64,000 bases of DNA from Candidatus Oxydemutatoraceae bacterium (GTDB lineage Bacteria; Pseudomonadota; Gammaproteobacteria; Poriferisulfidales; Oxydemutatoraceae): assembly GCA_965223735.1 (NCBI GenBank), contig OZ245010.1:1712397-1776396 (forward strand). Reading direction: 5' to 3'. Numbering within the stretch: position 1 is the first letter of the stretch; each line of letters starts with the position of its first letter. The translations under genes were made by a program, and so were the position numbers. The notes beneath the pieces are model-generated. The model was not told the origin of the DNA, ran no database searches, and was given only the letters and a program-made list of their open reading frames with translations. Below are positions 28,140 to 37,640 of the stretch, one piece after another.

Positions 28140-28955
28140 TTACTCCCCACACCTCACGCTGAACCGCCGTTCCTGTCCCGGGTCGAGGCGGAACGCGGTC
28201 AGGCTGCCGCCCCACACGCAACCGGTGTCGAGGCCGAGAACCCCATCGCGGCGGATGAAACCGAGCGCCGACCAGTGGCCGAAGATCACCGTGTAGGCCG
28301 GGTCGCGGCGGTGGGGCGGTTCAAACCACGGGTGCAGGCCGTCCGGTTGCGTCCCCGGTTCGCGTTTATGTCCCAGGTCGATGCGTCCGTCGGCGCTGCA
28401 GAAGCGTAGCCGGGTCATCACATTGATGATCACGCGCGCACGGTCGTCGCCGTTTAAATTGTCGTCCCAGTATTCGGGTGTGTTGCCGTAGATGTTCTTG
28501 AGGAACGTCCGGTAGTCGTCCGCACGCAGTCGCGTTTCAACTTCTCCGGCAAGTGCCTGCGCGGTGTTGATGTCCCATCCGGGTATCAGGCCCGCGTGCA
28601 CCATCGCGAGGCGGCGTTCATGGTCCACGATGAACAGCGGGTGTCGTCTCAGCCACTCGATCAGTTCGCGGCGGTCGGGGCTTTGCAGCACCGCGTCGAG
28701 TGTGCCGTCGGCCGGCGGGTGTTCGCAGCCGGCGTCGGTTCTCAGCAGATGGAAGTCGTGATTGCCGAGCACGCACCGCACGCACGCGCCGAGGCTTTTC
28801 AGGAAGCGCAGGCTTTCGAGCGAATCGCTGCCGCGGCTGACGAGATCACCGGTCAGCCAGAGTTCGTCGTGCGCCGGGTCAAACTCGATCTCGTCGAGCA
28901 GTTGTTTCAGCGGGTTGAGGCAGCCTTGCAGATCGCCGATCGCGTAGAGTGACAT
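28140..28955 (-). CDS. apaH: Bis(5'-nucleosyl)-tetraphosphatase, symmetrical
   Basis: MSLYAIGDLQGC..LTGDLVSRG..GNHD metallophosphatase motifs. apaG-apaH synteny. Confidence 0.85.
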   Translation of the reverse strand: MSLYAIGDLQGCLNPLKQLLDEIEFDPAHDELWLTGDLVSRGSDSLESLRFLKSLGACVRCVLGNHDFHLLRTDAGCEHPPADGTLDAVLQSPDRRELIEWLRRHPLFIVDHERRLAMVHAGLIPGWDINTAQALAGEVETRLRADDYRTFLKNIYGNTPEYWDDNLNGDDRARVIINVMTRLRFCSADGRIDLGHKREPGTQPDGLHPWFEPPHRRDPAYTVIFGHWSALGFIRRDGVLGLDTGCVWGGSLTAFRLDPGQERRFSVRCGE

Positions 28956-28989
28956 CTCTTCAGTGCGACGTCACATCAGGGCGGTGCGT

Positions 28990-29367
28990 TCAGTGAAGCA
29001 CGCGCGGTGCGGCGAGCATGAATTCCTGTATTTCGGCGTCAAATTCCTTGCCGTCTTCGGCGAGCATCTGGTAACTGCCGCGCATGGTGCCGATCGGCGT
29101 GTCGATCAGGGTGCCGCTGGTATAGCGGAAGGCTTCACCCGGGCGCAGGAACGGCTTTTCCCCGACCACGCCTTCGCCGCGCACTTCCTGCACCTTCTCG
29201 TTGGAATCGGTGATCACCCAGTGCCGTGACAGCAGTTGTGCCGCGACGCAGCCGTGGTTGGTGATCGTGATCGTATAGGCGAATACGTAACGTTCGTTGT
29301 CTGCATCGGACTGATCTTCCAGGTAGTGCGTTTGCACGTCCACGTCGATGTCATAGCGGTTTTTCAT
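28990..29367 (-). CDS. apaG: ApaG (DUF525) protein
   Basis: 125 aa, alignable to E. coli ApaG (DNERYVFAYT.TI.N....QLL.R.W.IT). Start chosen at MKNRYD. Confidence 0.85.
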   Translation of the reverse strand: MKNRYDIDVDVQTHYLEDQSDADNERYVFAYTITITNHGCVAAQLLSRHWVITDSNEKVQEVRGEGVVGEKPFLRPGEAFRYTSGTLIDTPIGTMRGSYQMLAEDGKEFDAEIQEFMLAAPRVLH

Positions 29368-30187
29368 AGTGGTTGCCTCGCTTTCCTGATGCTGTTTGCT
29401 TGCCGTCAATCAAGTTTAACATGCCGAGGAAATCATCTACCCCCAGCGTTTCGGGGCGGGCGGCGGCGGACAGATTGAGCCGTGCGAAATCGGTGTCGTC
29501 GAGGGTGCCCGAGAAGATCCGCCCGATGGTTTTGCGCCGTTGCGAGAACGCACGTCCGACAAGGTTGAGGAACGCCCGCCGGCGTTGCGGGTCGAACGGG
29601 CACGGGCGCGGCAGCAGCCTGACCAGTGAGGAACTGACTTGTGGTGGCGGCGAGAACGCGCTGGGGGCGACGTCAAACAGATGGCGGACTTCCACGAAAC
29701 ACGCCGCGGTCACGCTCAGCCGCGAGTAATTGCGCGTGCCGGGTTGCGCGGCGAGGCGTTCAGCAACTTCGGTCTGTAACATCAGGTGCATGTCGCGGAT
29801 GTGTTCGCAGGTGTTGAACAAATGCATCAGCAACGGCGTCGAAACGTTATAGGGCAGGTTGCCGATGACTCTGATCTTGCGGTCCGTGTGCAGCGCTGCG
29901 AAGTCAAAGTCGAGCGCGTCGCGGCAGTGCAGCGTGAAGGCTTTGTTTTCGGCAAAGCGTTGCGTCAGCCGGTCGGCGAGCGCGTGGTCGATTTCAACGG
30001 TGTCGAGGTGGGCGCAGCGTTCAAGCACCGGCGCGGTCAACGCGCCGAGGCCGGGGCCGATTTCGACGATCGCCTCGTCCGGGGCCGGCGAGATCGCCTC
30101 AACCACGCGCGCGACGGTCTGTGTGTCGGTGAGGAAATGCTGGCCGAAGTGTTTTTTAGCCGGGGTGTTCATCGCCTTGAGGCTCAT
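29351..30187 (-). CDS. rsmA: 16S rRNA (adenine1518-N6/adenine1519-N6)-dimethyltransferase
   Basis: FGQHFL...[17 protein letters not shown], KsgA family. pdxA-ksgA-apaG-apaH order. Start is uncertain (30187 or 30172). Confidence 0.85.
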   Translation of the reverse strand: MSLKAMNTPAKKHFGQHFLTDTQTVARVVEAISPAPDEAIVEIGPGLGALTAPVLERCAHLDTVEIDHALADRLTQRFAENKAFTLHCRDALDFDFAALHTDRKIRVIGNLPYNVSTPLLMHLFNTCEHIRDMHLMLQTEVAERLAAQPGTRNYSRLSVTAACFVEVRHLFDVAPSAFSPPPQVSSSLVRLLPRPCPFDPQRRRAFLNLVGRAFSQRRKTIGRIFSGTLDDTDFARLNLSAAARPETLGVDDFLGMLNLIDGKQTASGKRGNHYEKPL

Positions 30188-30770
30188 CGTTCGGGGGCCT
30201 GTTTTATCCGGCTTGCTCACTGGCGGTTCTCAGTGCTCATCGTTCGGGGATTCGTTGTTTCAACGGTGTCGAGGCGGCACCGCGTTCGAGCACCGGCGCG
30301 GTCAACGCGCCGAGGCCGGGGCCGATTTCGACGATCGCCTCGTCCGGGGCCGGCGAGATCGCCTCAACCACGCGCGCGACGGTCTGTGTGTCGGTGAGGA
30401 AATGCTGGCCGAGGTGCTTTTTAGCCGGGGTGTTCATCGCCTTGAGGCTCATCGTCCGGGGGCCTGTTTTATCCGGCTTGTTCACTGGCGGTTCTCAGTG
30501 CTCATCGTTCGGGGATTCGTTGTTTCAATGGTGTCGAGGCGGCACCGCGTTCGAGCACCGGTGCGGTCAATGCGCCGAGGCCGGGGCCGATTTCGACGAT
30601 CGCCTCGTTCGGGGCCGACGAGATCGCCTCAACCACGCGCGCGACGGTCTGTGTGTCGGTGAGGAAATGCTGGCCGAGGTGCTTTTTAGCCGGGGTGTTC
30701 ATCGCCTTGAGGCTCATCGTTCGCGTGTTTGTTTTGCCTGCCTGCTCACCGGCGCCCCTCAATGTTGATC
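29995..30770. repeat. Three tandem ~265-bp copies of the ksgA 5' end (about 60 codons) plus its upstream leader
   Basis: Copies start at about 29995, 30260 and 30525. The pseudo-ORFs 30237..30485(-) and 30502..30762(-) repeat [23 protein letters not shown]...[17 protein letters not shown]. Confidence 0.8.
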
Positions 30771-30872
30771 GCCTGGAAGTTCACTGTCCGGGATCCTCGT
30801 CGCATAAGCATTTCACGCCGATACCCAACGACACATAACTACTCACTGATCGGTTTCCGTCGCACCGGTGTT

Positions 30873-31859
30873 TCACGTTGCGTGGCGGTACAGGTTGTCG
30901 GCGAGGCGGCCGGCCTGCACGACGGCGGCGCGGAGGCTGGCGGCGGATGCGCGTCCGGTGCCCGCGAGATCAAAAGCGGTGCCGTGATCCACTGAGGTGC
31001 GTACAAAAGGCAGGCCGAGCGTGATGTTCACGGTGTTGCCGAAGCCGGCGTGCTTGATCACCGGCAGTCCCTGGTCGTGGTACATCGCGACGACGGCGTC
31101 GCAGTCGGTCAATTGTCGCGGCGTGAACGCGGTGTCGGCGGGCAACGGCCCGTTCAGGTTCATCGTCGCGGACAGTTGGTCGAGCACCGGGCGAATGATC
31201 TGCGTCTCTTCGTGCCCGAGATGACCGTCTTCGCCGGCGTGAGGGTTGAGTCCGCACACCGCGATGCGCGGTTCATCGATGCCGAACATTCGCCGCATAG
31301 CCTGATCGACGACGCGCAATGTCCGTTCGAGGCGCGCGCACGTCAGCGCCTGCGCGACGGCGCTCAACGGCAGGTGTGTTGTCGCCAGTGCGACGCGCAG
31401 CGTTTCGCAGACGAGCATCATCACCGTGTCGCAGCCGCAGGCATCGGCGAGATATTCGGTGTGGCCGGAGAAAGCAATGCCCGCCTGATTGATCACGGCC
31501 TTGTTGACCGGTGCGGTGACCAGCGCATCGTAAGCACCGTCGCGACAGCCTGCGATACCTGCGTCAATCTGTGCCAGCACGTAGCGCGCGTTATGCGGGT
31601 CGGCGCGGCCGGCGGCGGCGGGCGCGTCCGCCGTGACCTGCGCCAGTTGCAGGGGATTGGGCGTTGCGGACGACTCCATAGGCAACTCCTCTGGGCTGAT
31701 TTTGCTTCCCAGCAGTTCAGCGCGTTCGGCCAGCACCTGGCGGTCGCCTATCAGGACCAATTGATCGACGAGATGTTCTTTAGTCTGGTCGGCGCCGAGC
31801 GCCAGCGCAATATCGGGGCCGATACCGGCGGGGTCGCCCGTTGTGACGGCAACTTTCAT
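30873..31859 (-). CDS. pdxA: 4-hydroxythreonine-4-phosphate dehydrogenase
   Basis: 328 aa, PdxA family (TGDPAGIGP.., GHTE, CGLNPHAGE). surA-pdxA-ksgA synteny. Confidence 0.85.
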   Translation of the reverse strand: MKVAVTTGDPAGIGPDIALALGADQTKEHLVDQLVLIGDRQVLAERAELLGSKISPEELPMESSATPNPLQLAQVTADAPAAAGRADPHNARYVLAQIDAGIAGCRDGAYDALVTAPVNKAVINQAGIAFSGHTEYLADACGCDTVMMLVCETLRVALATTHLPLSAVAQALTCARLERTLRVVDQAMRRMFGIDEPRIAVCGLNPHAGEDGHLGHEETQIIRPVLDQLSATMNLNGPLPADTAFTPRQLTDCDAVVAMYHDQGLPVIKHAGFGNTVNITLGLPFVRTSVDHGTAFDLAGTGRASAASLRAAVVQAGRLADNLYRHAT

Positions 31860-31865
31860 CGGCGT

Positions 31866-32345
31866 TGCAGCAACGGTGTTCCAGCAACCAGGCGGGTGTT
31901 CAAAAGACAGGCGAGGTCATGCGGTTTCCGGGATGACCACGCGGCGCGGGAATGACCCGCAGCGGAACTTGCGGAGGGACCAGTGAGCAGCGGTGTTCCA
32001 GCAGCCAGGCGGGTGTTCAAAAGACAGGCGGGGTCATGCGCTTTCCGGGATGGCCACGCGGCGCGGGAATGACCCGCAGCGGAACTTGCGGAGGGGTCAG
32101 TGAGCAACGGTGTTCCAGCAACCAGGCGGGTGTTCAAAAGACAGGCGGGATCGTGCGCTTTCCGGGATGGCCACGCAGCGCGGGAATGACCCGCAGCGGA
32201 ACTTGCGGAGGGGCCAGTGAGCAGCGGTGTTCCAGCAGCCAGGCGGGTGTTCAAAAGACAGGCGGGATCGTGCGCTTTCCGGGATGGCCACGCGGCGCGG
32301 GAATGACCCGCAGCGGAACTTGCGGAGGGGTCAGTGGGTGGCGGC
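31866..32345. repeat. Intergenic tandem repeat, 4 x ~120 bp, between pdxA and surA
   Basis: The unit gcaacggtgttccagcaaccaggcgggtgttcaaaagacaggcgXggtcatgcgXtttccgggatgXccacgcggcgcgggaatgacccgcagcggaacttgcggagggXXcagtgagca occurs four times. Each unit contains a hairpin CCGCA-GCGGAACT-TGCGG. Confidence 0.8.
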
Positions 32346-32385
32346 AGCATTTTCGCAACAAGGCAGGCGCTCAAACAGCGCGTGA

Positions 32386-33675
32386 TCAGATCCTGATCTC
32401 GACTCGGCGCTCTTCCCGGAGCTTCAACAACCACAACCGCGTCTCCTCATCCGACTTTCTCTTCCTGATTTCCGCGATCGCCTGTCGGTGTATGGTGTCG
32501 TCGCCGATGTCGTGCTCGCGCGTGTCGAGGACTTCCAGAAGATGCCAGCCGAAGGACGACTTGAATGGGCCGACGATGTCGCCTTTCCCGTGCGCCCGTG
32601 CGACCGCTTCGGCAAATTCGGGTACGTAGTTGCCCGGACTCGACCAGCCCAGATCGCCGCCCTTCATCGAACTCAGCGGATCCTGCGAGTATCTGCACGC
32701 AAAGTCTTCAAAGTCGGCGCCGTTTTGAAGCTGGCGTTTGATCTTCATAAGTTTGCGCCGTACTTTGTCGTCGTCGTCGATCGGGTTGGTCTGTATCAGT
32801 ATATGGCGCACGTGATGCTGCAATTGCATCATCTCCGGGCTGCCGCTGCGACTCGCCAGCAGTTGGAACAGGTGCAGCCCGTCGCGGTTGGAGATCACCG
32901 GGCTGGTGGGGGTGTCGCGTAGCGCCTTGAGGCGCCGGCGCACCGGGGCGGGCAGGTTTTCGGCGCGACGCCAGTCGAGATCCTTGACCTGATAGCGCAG
33001 TTGCGTGCGGCCGTCGGCTGCCGCGGCACGCCACAGCCGGGCGAAGCGCTTGCGCAAGTCGATCAGCGAGGAGAACGAGTCGTTGCGCAGTTGCCGCCGC
33101 ACCCGCATGAGGCGTGTTCTCGCCGCGGCGGACTTGTCGGCGGATTCCTGCGGCGGCACCCGAAGGTGCACGACATGGTACTCGGCGTTGCGTCGGCGGT
33201 TTTCATCGAGCATCAGCACGTTTTCTATTTCCTGCTCGCTGACTTCAATCCGATTGATCACTTCGCGCTGTATCAGCTGCCGGATGGTCAGTTCGTCGCG
33301 TATTTTCCGGTTGACCTCCTCAAAGCTGCGGTCATCTCTTTCAATCTGCCGTTTGAATTCAGCCAGGCTCATGTTATTGCGCTTCGCCATCTCTTCCACC
33401 GCGCGGCTGAGCGTGATGTCGTCGATGACGATGCCGAGCCGCTTGGCTTCCTGCAATTGCAGTTGCTGGATGACCATTTGTTGCAGCACTTGCGCAGTGA
33501 GCGTGCGTTCGTCGGGTAGTTCGCGGTTCTGTTGCGCCAGCGCCGCTTTCGCGCGCCGGATGTTTTGTCTGAGTTGGCGTTCAGTGATGGTCTTGTTTTC
33601 GACGACGGCGACGATGCGGTCGAGTCCCATCGGTTGCGCCGGCGCCGACGCCGGCATCAGTATGGTCGCCGCCAT
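32386..33675 (-). CDS. surA: Periplasmic chaperone/peptidyl-prolyl isomerase SurA
   Basis: Signal peptide, SurA N-domain and two parvulin domains (..GGDLGW..). Start chosen at MAATILMPASA. The upstream part of the supplied ORF is Arg-rich non-coding-like sequence. Confidence 0.8.
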   Translation of the reverse strand: MAATILMPASAPAQPMGLDRIVAVVENKTITERQLRQNIRRAKAALAQQNRELPDERTLTAQVLQQMVIQQLQLQEAKRLGIVIDDITLSRAVEEMAKRNNMSLAEFKRQIERDDRSFEEVNRKIRDELTIRQLIQREVINRIEVSEQEIENVLMLDENRRRNAEYHVVHLRVPPQESADKSAAARTRLMRVRRQLRNDSFSSLIDLRKRFARLWRAAAADGRTQLRYQVKDLDWRRAENLPAPVRRRLKALRDTPTSPVISNRDGLHLFQLLASRSGSPEMMQLQHHVRHILIQTNPIDDDDKVRRKLMKIKRQLQNGADFEDFACRYSQDPLSSMKGGDLGWSSPGNYVPEFAEAVARAHGKGDIVGPFKSSFGWHLLEVLDTREHDIGDDTIHRQAIAEIRKRKSDEETRLWLLKLREERRVEIRI

Positions 33676-33845
33676 TGCGGCCGCGGCGCCCGCTGCAGCG
33701 ATGCGGGATTGGGCGTTGCCGGGCCGACGGATCGCCCGACGACGTAGCCTGGTGCCCGTCGCGGTAATCCGCAGTCGGGTGGCGCACGGCGGGCGTGGTG
33801 CAGGCGTCGGCCTGTCTGCCCGGTTTGCTCGTCCGTTGGCGGAGG

Positions 33846-35897
33846 TCATCGTTTGCGGTAATCCGATATCCATTTTTCAATCAGGCCGCTGCCGGTGTTA
33901 GTGCCCAGTGTGGCCAGCCCGCGCAGGCTGAACTCTATGCCGATCCTCGTATTGTAGTCGAGCGAGCCGTTGGCGATGGACTTGTCAGCGCCGTCGATGT
34001 CGCTCAGCAGGCGTTGTCCCGCCAGACGCAAACTCCAGCAGCAGGTGTCGTAGCGCAGGCCGGTCATAACGCCGATGTCTTCGTTCTCCCGCAGGTCGTA
34101 GCGCCAGCCGCCGAACCAGCGCCAGCGCGTGCCCAGCGGCAGGTGGAAACCGATCTCGCTCTGACTGAAGCCTTCGTCGCCGCGCCGGTAGCGGTTCGAC
34201 AAGCTGATGATCTTGTTGTTGCCCGCGTTCAGCGACAGGCGCACGGCGTGGCGTGCCGGCAACTCCCTTTCGGTGTCCCAGATCAGCGACGAGGTGAATT
34301 TCAGTTTCTCGTTCAGGTTCAGCGCGAACTCTGAGGTCAGGTTCGAGTAGTCGTAGCGGTTGGTGCTGAGGTCTTCGTCGGGCAGGCCGACGTCGCGGTT
34401 TCGGAAATAACTCGTGTGCCCGACGCTGAAGCGCAGTGCTTCCCGGCCGCTGCGCGCGTGGATCAGGCGGCTGCTCAGTGCGAGCGTCAGTTGGTCGGCG
34501 TCGCCGACCCGGTCGGCGCCGTTGAAGCGGTTTTCCTCAAACAGTTGCGAGAAGCGGAACTCGGACGCGCCGGTGTCAAATACCGGGAAGTCGCTTTGAT
34601 CTCTGCGCGGCACGTGGAGGTAGAAAAGTTCGGGTTCAATCGTGTGCCGGTAGCGCTGTTGGTGGATGTTCTTTTCAAAGACCAGGCCGGTACGCAGGCT
34701 GAACCACGGCAGCGTGCGGCTTTCGTCTGGGCGGCGGTCGAGGGTGTAGTCGGTGTGGCGCAGGGCGACGCTCGGTGTGAAGTGAAAGCCAGGGCGGCGG
34801 TACGGCCAGCGCAGCGTGATCTCACTGTCGAGACGTTCACCTTCGGCGGTCTCCGACATGTCGGGCGCGTCGTATTTGCGGTTGAAGTCGGTCCATTCGG
34901 TGCGCAGGCCGAGGTCGAGGTTCAGGTGGGGGGAATACAGATTCTTCGACAGCGCTACGCTCGGGTGCCTTTCGTACAGCCGGGTTTCGCGCCGGGCGTC
35001 GTTGTCGGTGCGCTGGAAGTTTTCGGCGGCGAGGTTCAGGTGCCAACCGCGCCACACGTAGTCGGCGAGGATTTTGCTGTTGAGGTAGTTTTCGTCGATC
35101 AGGTCGAAAGAACTGCTCAGGTCTTCAATATAGTCGCTGTCCGAGACTTTTTGAAGATGCAGTTGCACACGTAGTTTGTCGCCGGCTCTGGTCTGATGTC
35201 GCAGCGAATACGAGTAGCGTTCGTCGTCGCCGTTATTGTCGTAGTCGTTGTCGCTGAGCCAATCGCCTTTGAGTGTGCCTTCGCTGAAGCGTCTCAGATA
35301 GCGGTACTTGCCCGCGAACTGCACACCGCGTTTACTCAGGAACCGCGGTTCGAGAGTGACGTCGTGGTTGGGTGCGAGGTTGAAATAATAAGGAAAGGCG
35401 AGTTCCGCGCCGGTTTCGCTGCTTTCGCCGATCTCGGGCGTGAGGAAGCCCGACTTGCGCCGGTTCTCGAGCGAGACATGGTAGCGCGGCAGGTACAGCA
35501 GTGGCGTGTTGCCGACGACGAGCCATGCGTTTTTGGCGGTGCCGGTGTTGGTTTTGCGGTCGAGCGTGAAACGGTCGGCGGACAGGAACCAGGCTGGCTT
35601 TTTCGTGTCGCAGTTGGTGTAGCGCACGTTGCCGCTGGCCTGTACGCGCCGGGCGTTCGGGTCGTAGTCTATGCGTTCGGCGCGAAGGCGGTTGTCGTTC
35701 TGTCTGAATTGCGCTGCGCCCGACAGGCGCGAGCGTCCGTTGATGCGCGCCACAAAATGGTCCGCCGACGCTTCAATCGCGTCGGCCCCCGCCGTTTCGG
35801 AGGCATCCCGCAACGGGCACAACTCGGCTGCGGGCAGGGTCGAGGCGGCCGCGAGCAGCACCGTCGCAGTCAGCGGTCTGAGCGTCGGCGTCTTCAT
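33846..35897 (-). CDS. lptD: LPS-assembly outer-membrane protein LptD
   Basis: About 680-aa beta-barrel OMP with signal peptide MKTPTLRPLTATVLLAAAS. Position upstream of surA. Confidence 0.85.
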   Translation of the reverse strand: MKTPTLRPLTATVLLAAASTLPAAELCPLRDASETAGADAIEASADHFVARINGRSRLSGAAQFRQNDNRLRAERIDYDPNARRVQASGNVRYTNCDTKKPAWFLSADRFTLDRKTNTGTAKNAWLVVGNTPLLYLPRYHVSLENRRKSGFLTPEIGESSETGAELAFPYYFNLAPNHDVTLEPRFLSKRGVQFAGKYRYLRRFSEGTLKGDWLSDNDYDNNGDDERYSYSLRHQTRAGDKLRVQLHLQKVSDSDYIEDLSSSFDLIDENYLNSKILADYVWRGWHLNLAAENFQRTDNDARRETRLYERHPSVALSKNLYSPHLNLDLGLRTEWTDFNRKYDAPDMSETAEGERLDSEITLRWPYRRPGFHFTPSVALRHTDYTLDRRPDESRTLPWFSLRTGLVFEKNIHQQRYRHTIEPELFYLHVPRRDQSDFPVFDTGASEFRFSQLFEENRFNGADRVGDADQLTLALSSRLIHARSGREALRFSVGHTSYFRNRDVGLPDEDLSTNRYDYSNLTSEFALNLNEKLKFTSSLIWDTERELPARHAVRLSLNAGNNKIISLSNRYRRGDEGFSQSEIGFHLPLGTRWRWFGGWRYDLRENEDIGVMTGLRYDTCCWSLRLAGQRLLSDIDGADKSIANGSLDYNTRIGIEFSLRGLATLGTNTGSGLIEKWISDYRKR

Positions 35898-36496
35898 GGC
35901 TGGCTGTGATCGAGTTGCCGCCAGCGGTTGAAGACGTTGCACAGGATGCGTGCGGTGATGTCGGCGTCATACGCCGCCGAGTGCGCTTTGTCGCTGTCCC
36001 ATTTGATGCCGATGGCTTCGGCGATTTTTGACAGCACTGTCTGTCCGTGAGCCAGCGCCCCCAGTGTGACCGTGTCGATGTTGCTGAAAGCGTGGAACGG
36101 GTTGTTCTTGAGGTGGTTGCGACTGACCGCGGCGTTGAGGAACTTCAGGTCAAACGCGGCGTTGTGGCCGACGAGGATCGCGCGGTTGCATTCATGTTTC
36201 TTGAGCGCGTCGTGCACTTGCGCGAACAGCATATTGAACACTTCCTTTTCCGGTTGTGCGTCGCGCGCGACGTCGAACGGATCAATGCAGTTGACCTTGA
36301 GCGAGGACTCCTCCATGTTCGCGCCCAAAAAAGGCTCGACCGCCCAGCACACGCTGCTTTTCGGGTACAGTAGCCGTTGCCGGTCAATGTCGATGAACAC
36401 CGCCGCTATTTCGAGCAGCGCGTCGGTGTTTTCGTTCAGGCCGCCGGTTTCGACATCTACAACCACCGGCAGGAAGCCGCGGAAGTAGTTTTTCAT
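35894..36496 (-). CDS. rnt: Ribonuclease T (DEDDh 3'-5' exoribonuclease)
   Basis: VVVDVETGG (Exo I), LVGHNAAFDLKFL (Exo II), H..YDA (Exo III). Confidence 0.85.
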   Translation of the reverse strand: MKNYFRGFLPVVVDVETGGLNENTDALLEIAAVFIDIDRQRLLYPKSSVCWAVEPFLGANMEESSLKVNCIDPFDVARDAQPEKEVFNMLFAQVHDALKKHECNRAILVGHNAAFDLKFLNAAVSRNHLKNNPFHAFSNIDTVTLGALAHGQTVLSKIAEAIGIKWDSDKAHSAAYDADITARILCNVFNRWRQLDHSQP

Positions 36497-37575
36497 TGTG
36501 CCACCGGTGCGTTTCGTGCAGACACCTGCCAGGTGATGGTGTCGCCGGCGCGAAACGGCACGACGCGCAGGCCGCCGGTCTCAACCGCCGTTTCAAACGC
36601 CGGGGGCACGCACCACGGACGTTTGATTAACGTCACGCGTTCTTGGTTTTGCGCGACGCCGTAAAACGCGGCGCCGTTGATACTGGTAAACGCTTCAAGC
36701 CGGTCGAGCGTACCGGCTTGCTCGAAGATCTCGGTATAGGTTTCCAGTGCTGCCGGCGCGTTGAAGACCCCTGCGCAGCCGTGGTCGCAGTGTTTGCTTT
36801 CAAGCGGGTGCGGCGCCGAGTCGGTGCCGGCAAAGAAGCAGGCGTCGCCGCTGGTCGCCGCCCCGATCAGCGCCGCGCGGTCGCTTTCGCGCTGCGCCAG
36901 CGGCAGGCAGTGGCGGTGTGGGCGCAGGCCGCCGTCAAACAGCGCGTTGCGGTTGTACAGCAGGTGATGCGGTGTGATCGTTGCGCCGGTGTTGTCGGTT
37001 GCGCGCACGAAGTCCACCGCTTCGCGCGTGGTAATGTGTTCCAGAACGATCCTGAGTTCCGGAAAATGCGCTCGCAACGGCGCGAGCGTCGTTTCGATGA
37101 ATGTTCTTTCGCGGTCGTAAAAGTCAATTGCAGGTTCGGTGCTTTCGCCGTGCAGCAGCAGCGGCAGTCCGCGTTTTTGCATTTCTTCAAACGCCGGATA
37201 CAGGCCTTTGACGTCGCCGACGCCGTGTTCGGCGCCGGTCGTTGCGTTCTTCGGATACAGTTTCGCGCCGAAGACCGCGCCGTAGGCGCCGGCGTCGGGT
37301 TTGGCGTCGGCGATGACCGCGGGCGTCGTCGCGTCGGTCAGAAACAGCGTCGTCAGCGGTTCAAAGCCGCCATCCGCCGCCGCGGCGAGGTCCGCGCGGT
37401 AGCGCGAACACAGCGTCGCATCGGTGAGCGGCACTGTGAGATTGGGCATCGCGATAGCGCGCGCGAACACGCGCGTAGTGTGAGGCAGGACAAAACGCAT
37501 CATTTCGCCTTCCCTGAAATGCGCGTGCCAGTCGTCGGGGCGGATGATGTTCAGGCTGTCTGACGCTTCGTTCAA
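36493..37575 (-). CDS. pyrC: Dihydroorotase (class II)
   Basis: [10 protein letters not shown] metal-binding motif. 360 aa, PyrC family. Confidence 0.85.
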   Translation of the reverse strand: MNEASDSLNIIRPDDWHAHFREGEMMRFVLPHTTRVFARAIAMPNLTVPLTDATLCSRYRADLAAAADGGFEPLTTLFLTDATTPAVIADAKPDAGAYGAVFGAKLYPKNATTGAEHGVGDVKGLYPAFEEMQKRGLPLLLHGESTEPAIDFYDRERTFIETTLAPLRAHFPELRIVLEHITTREAVDFVRATDNTGATITPHHLLYNRNALFDGGLRPHRHCLPLAQRESDRAALIGAATSGDACFFAGTDSAPHPLESKHCDHGCAGVFNAPAALETYTEIFEQAGTLDRLEAFTSINGAAFYGVAQNQERVTLIKRPWCVPPAFETAVETGGLRVVPFRAGDTITWQVSARNAPVAQ

Positions 37576-37640
37576 TGCCTTTATTTTATTTCAGGCGGTT
37601 TTCTGCCATCATATCACAAGGCACGGTCGTTATTTCCACC

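Noticed and set aside
30237-30762. ORFs 30237..30485(-) and 30502..30762(-) as extra methyltransferase genes
   Set aside because: They are copies of the ksgA 5' end within the 265-bp tandem repeat. The catalytic remainder of KsgA is missing.
31856-32629. ORFs 31856..32434(-) and 31952..32629(+) spanning the pdxA-surA spacer
   Set aside because: Both are translations of the 4 x 120-bp tandem repeat. They give periodic repetitive peptides in either strand and are not coding.
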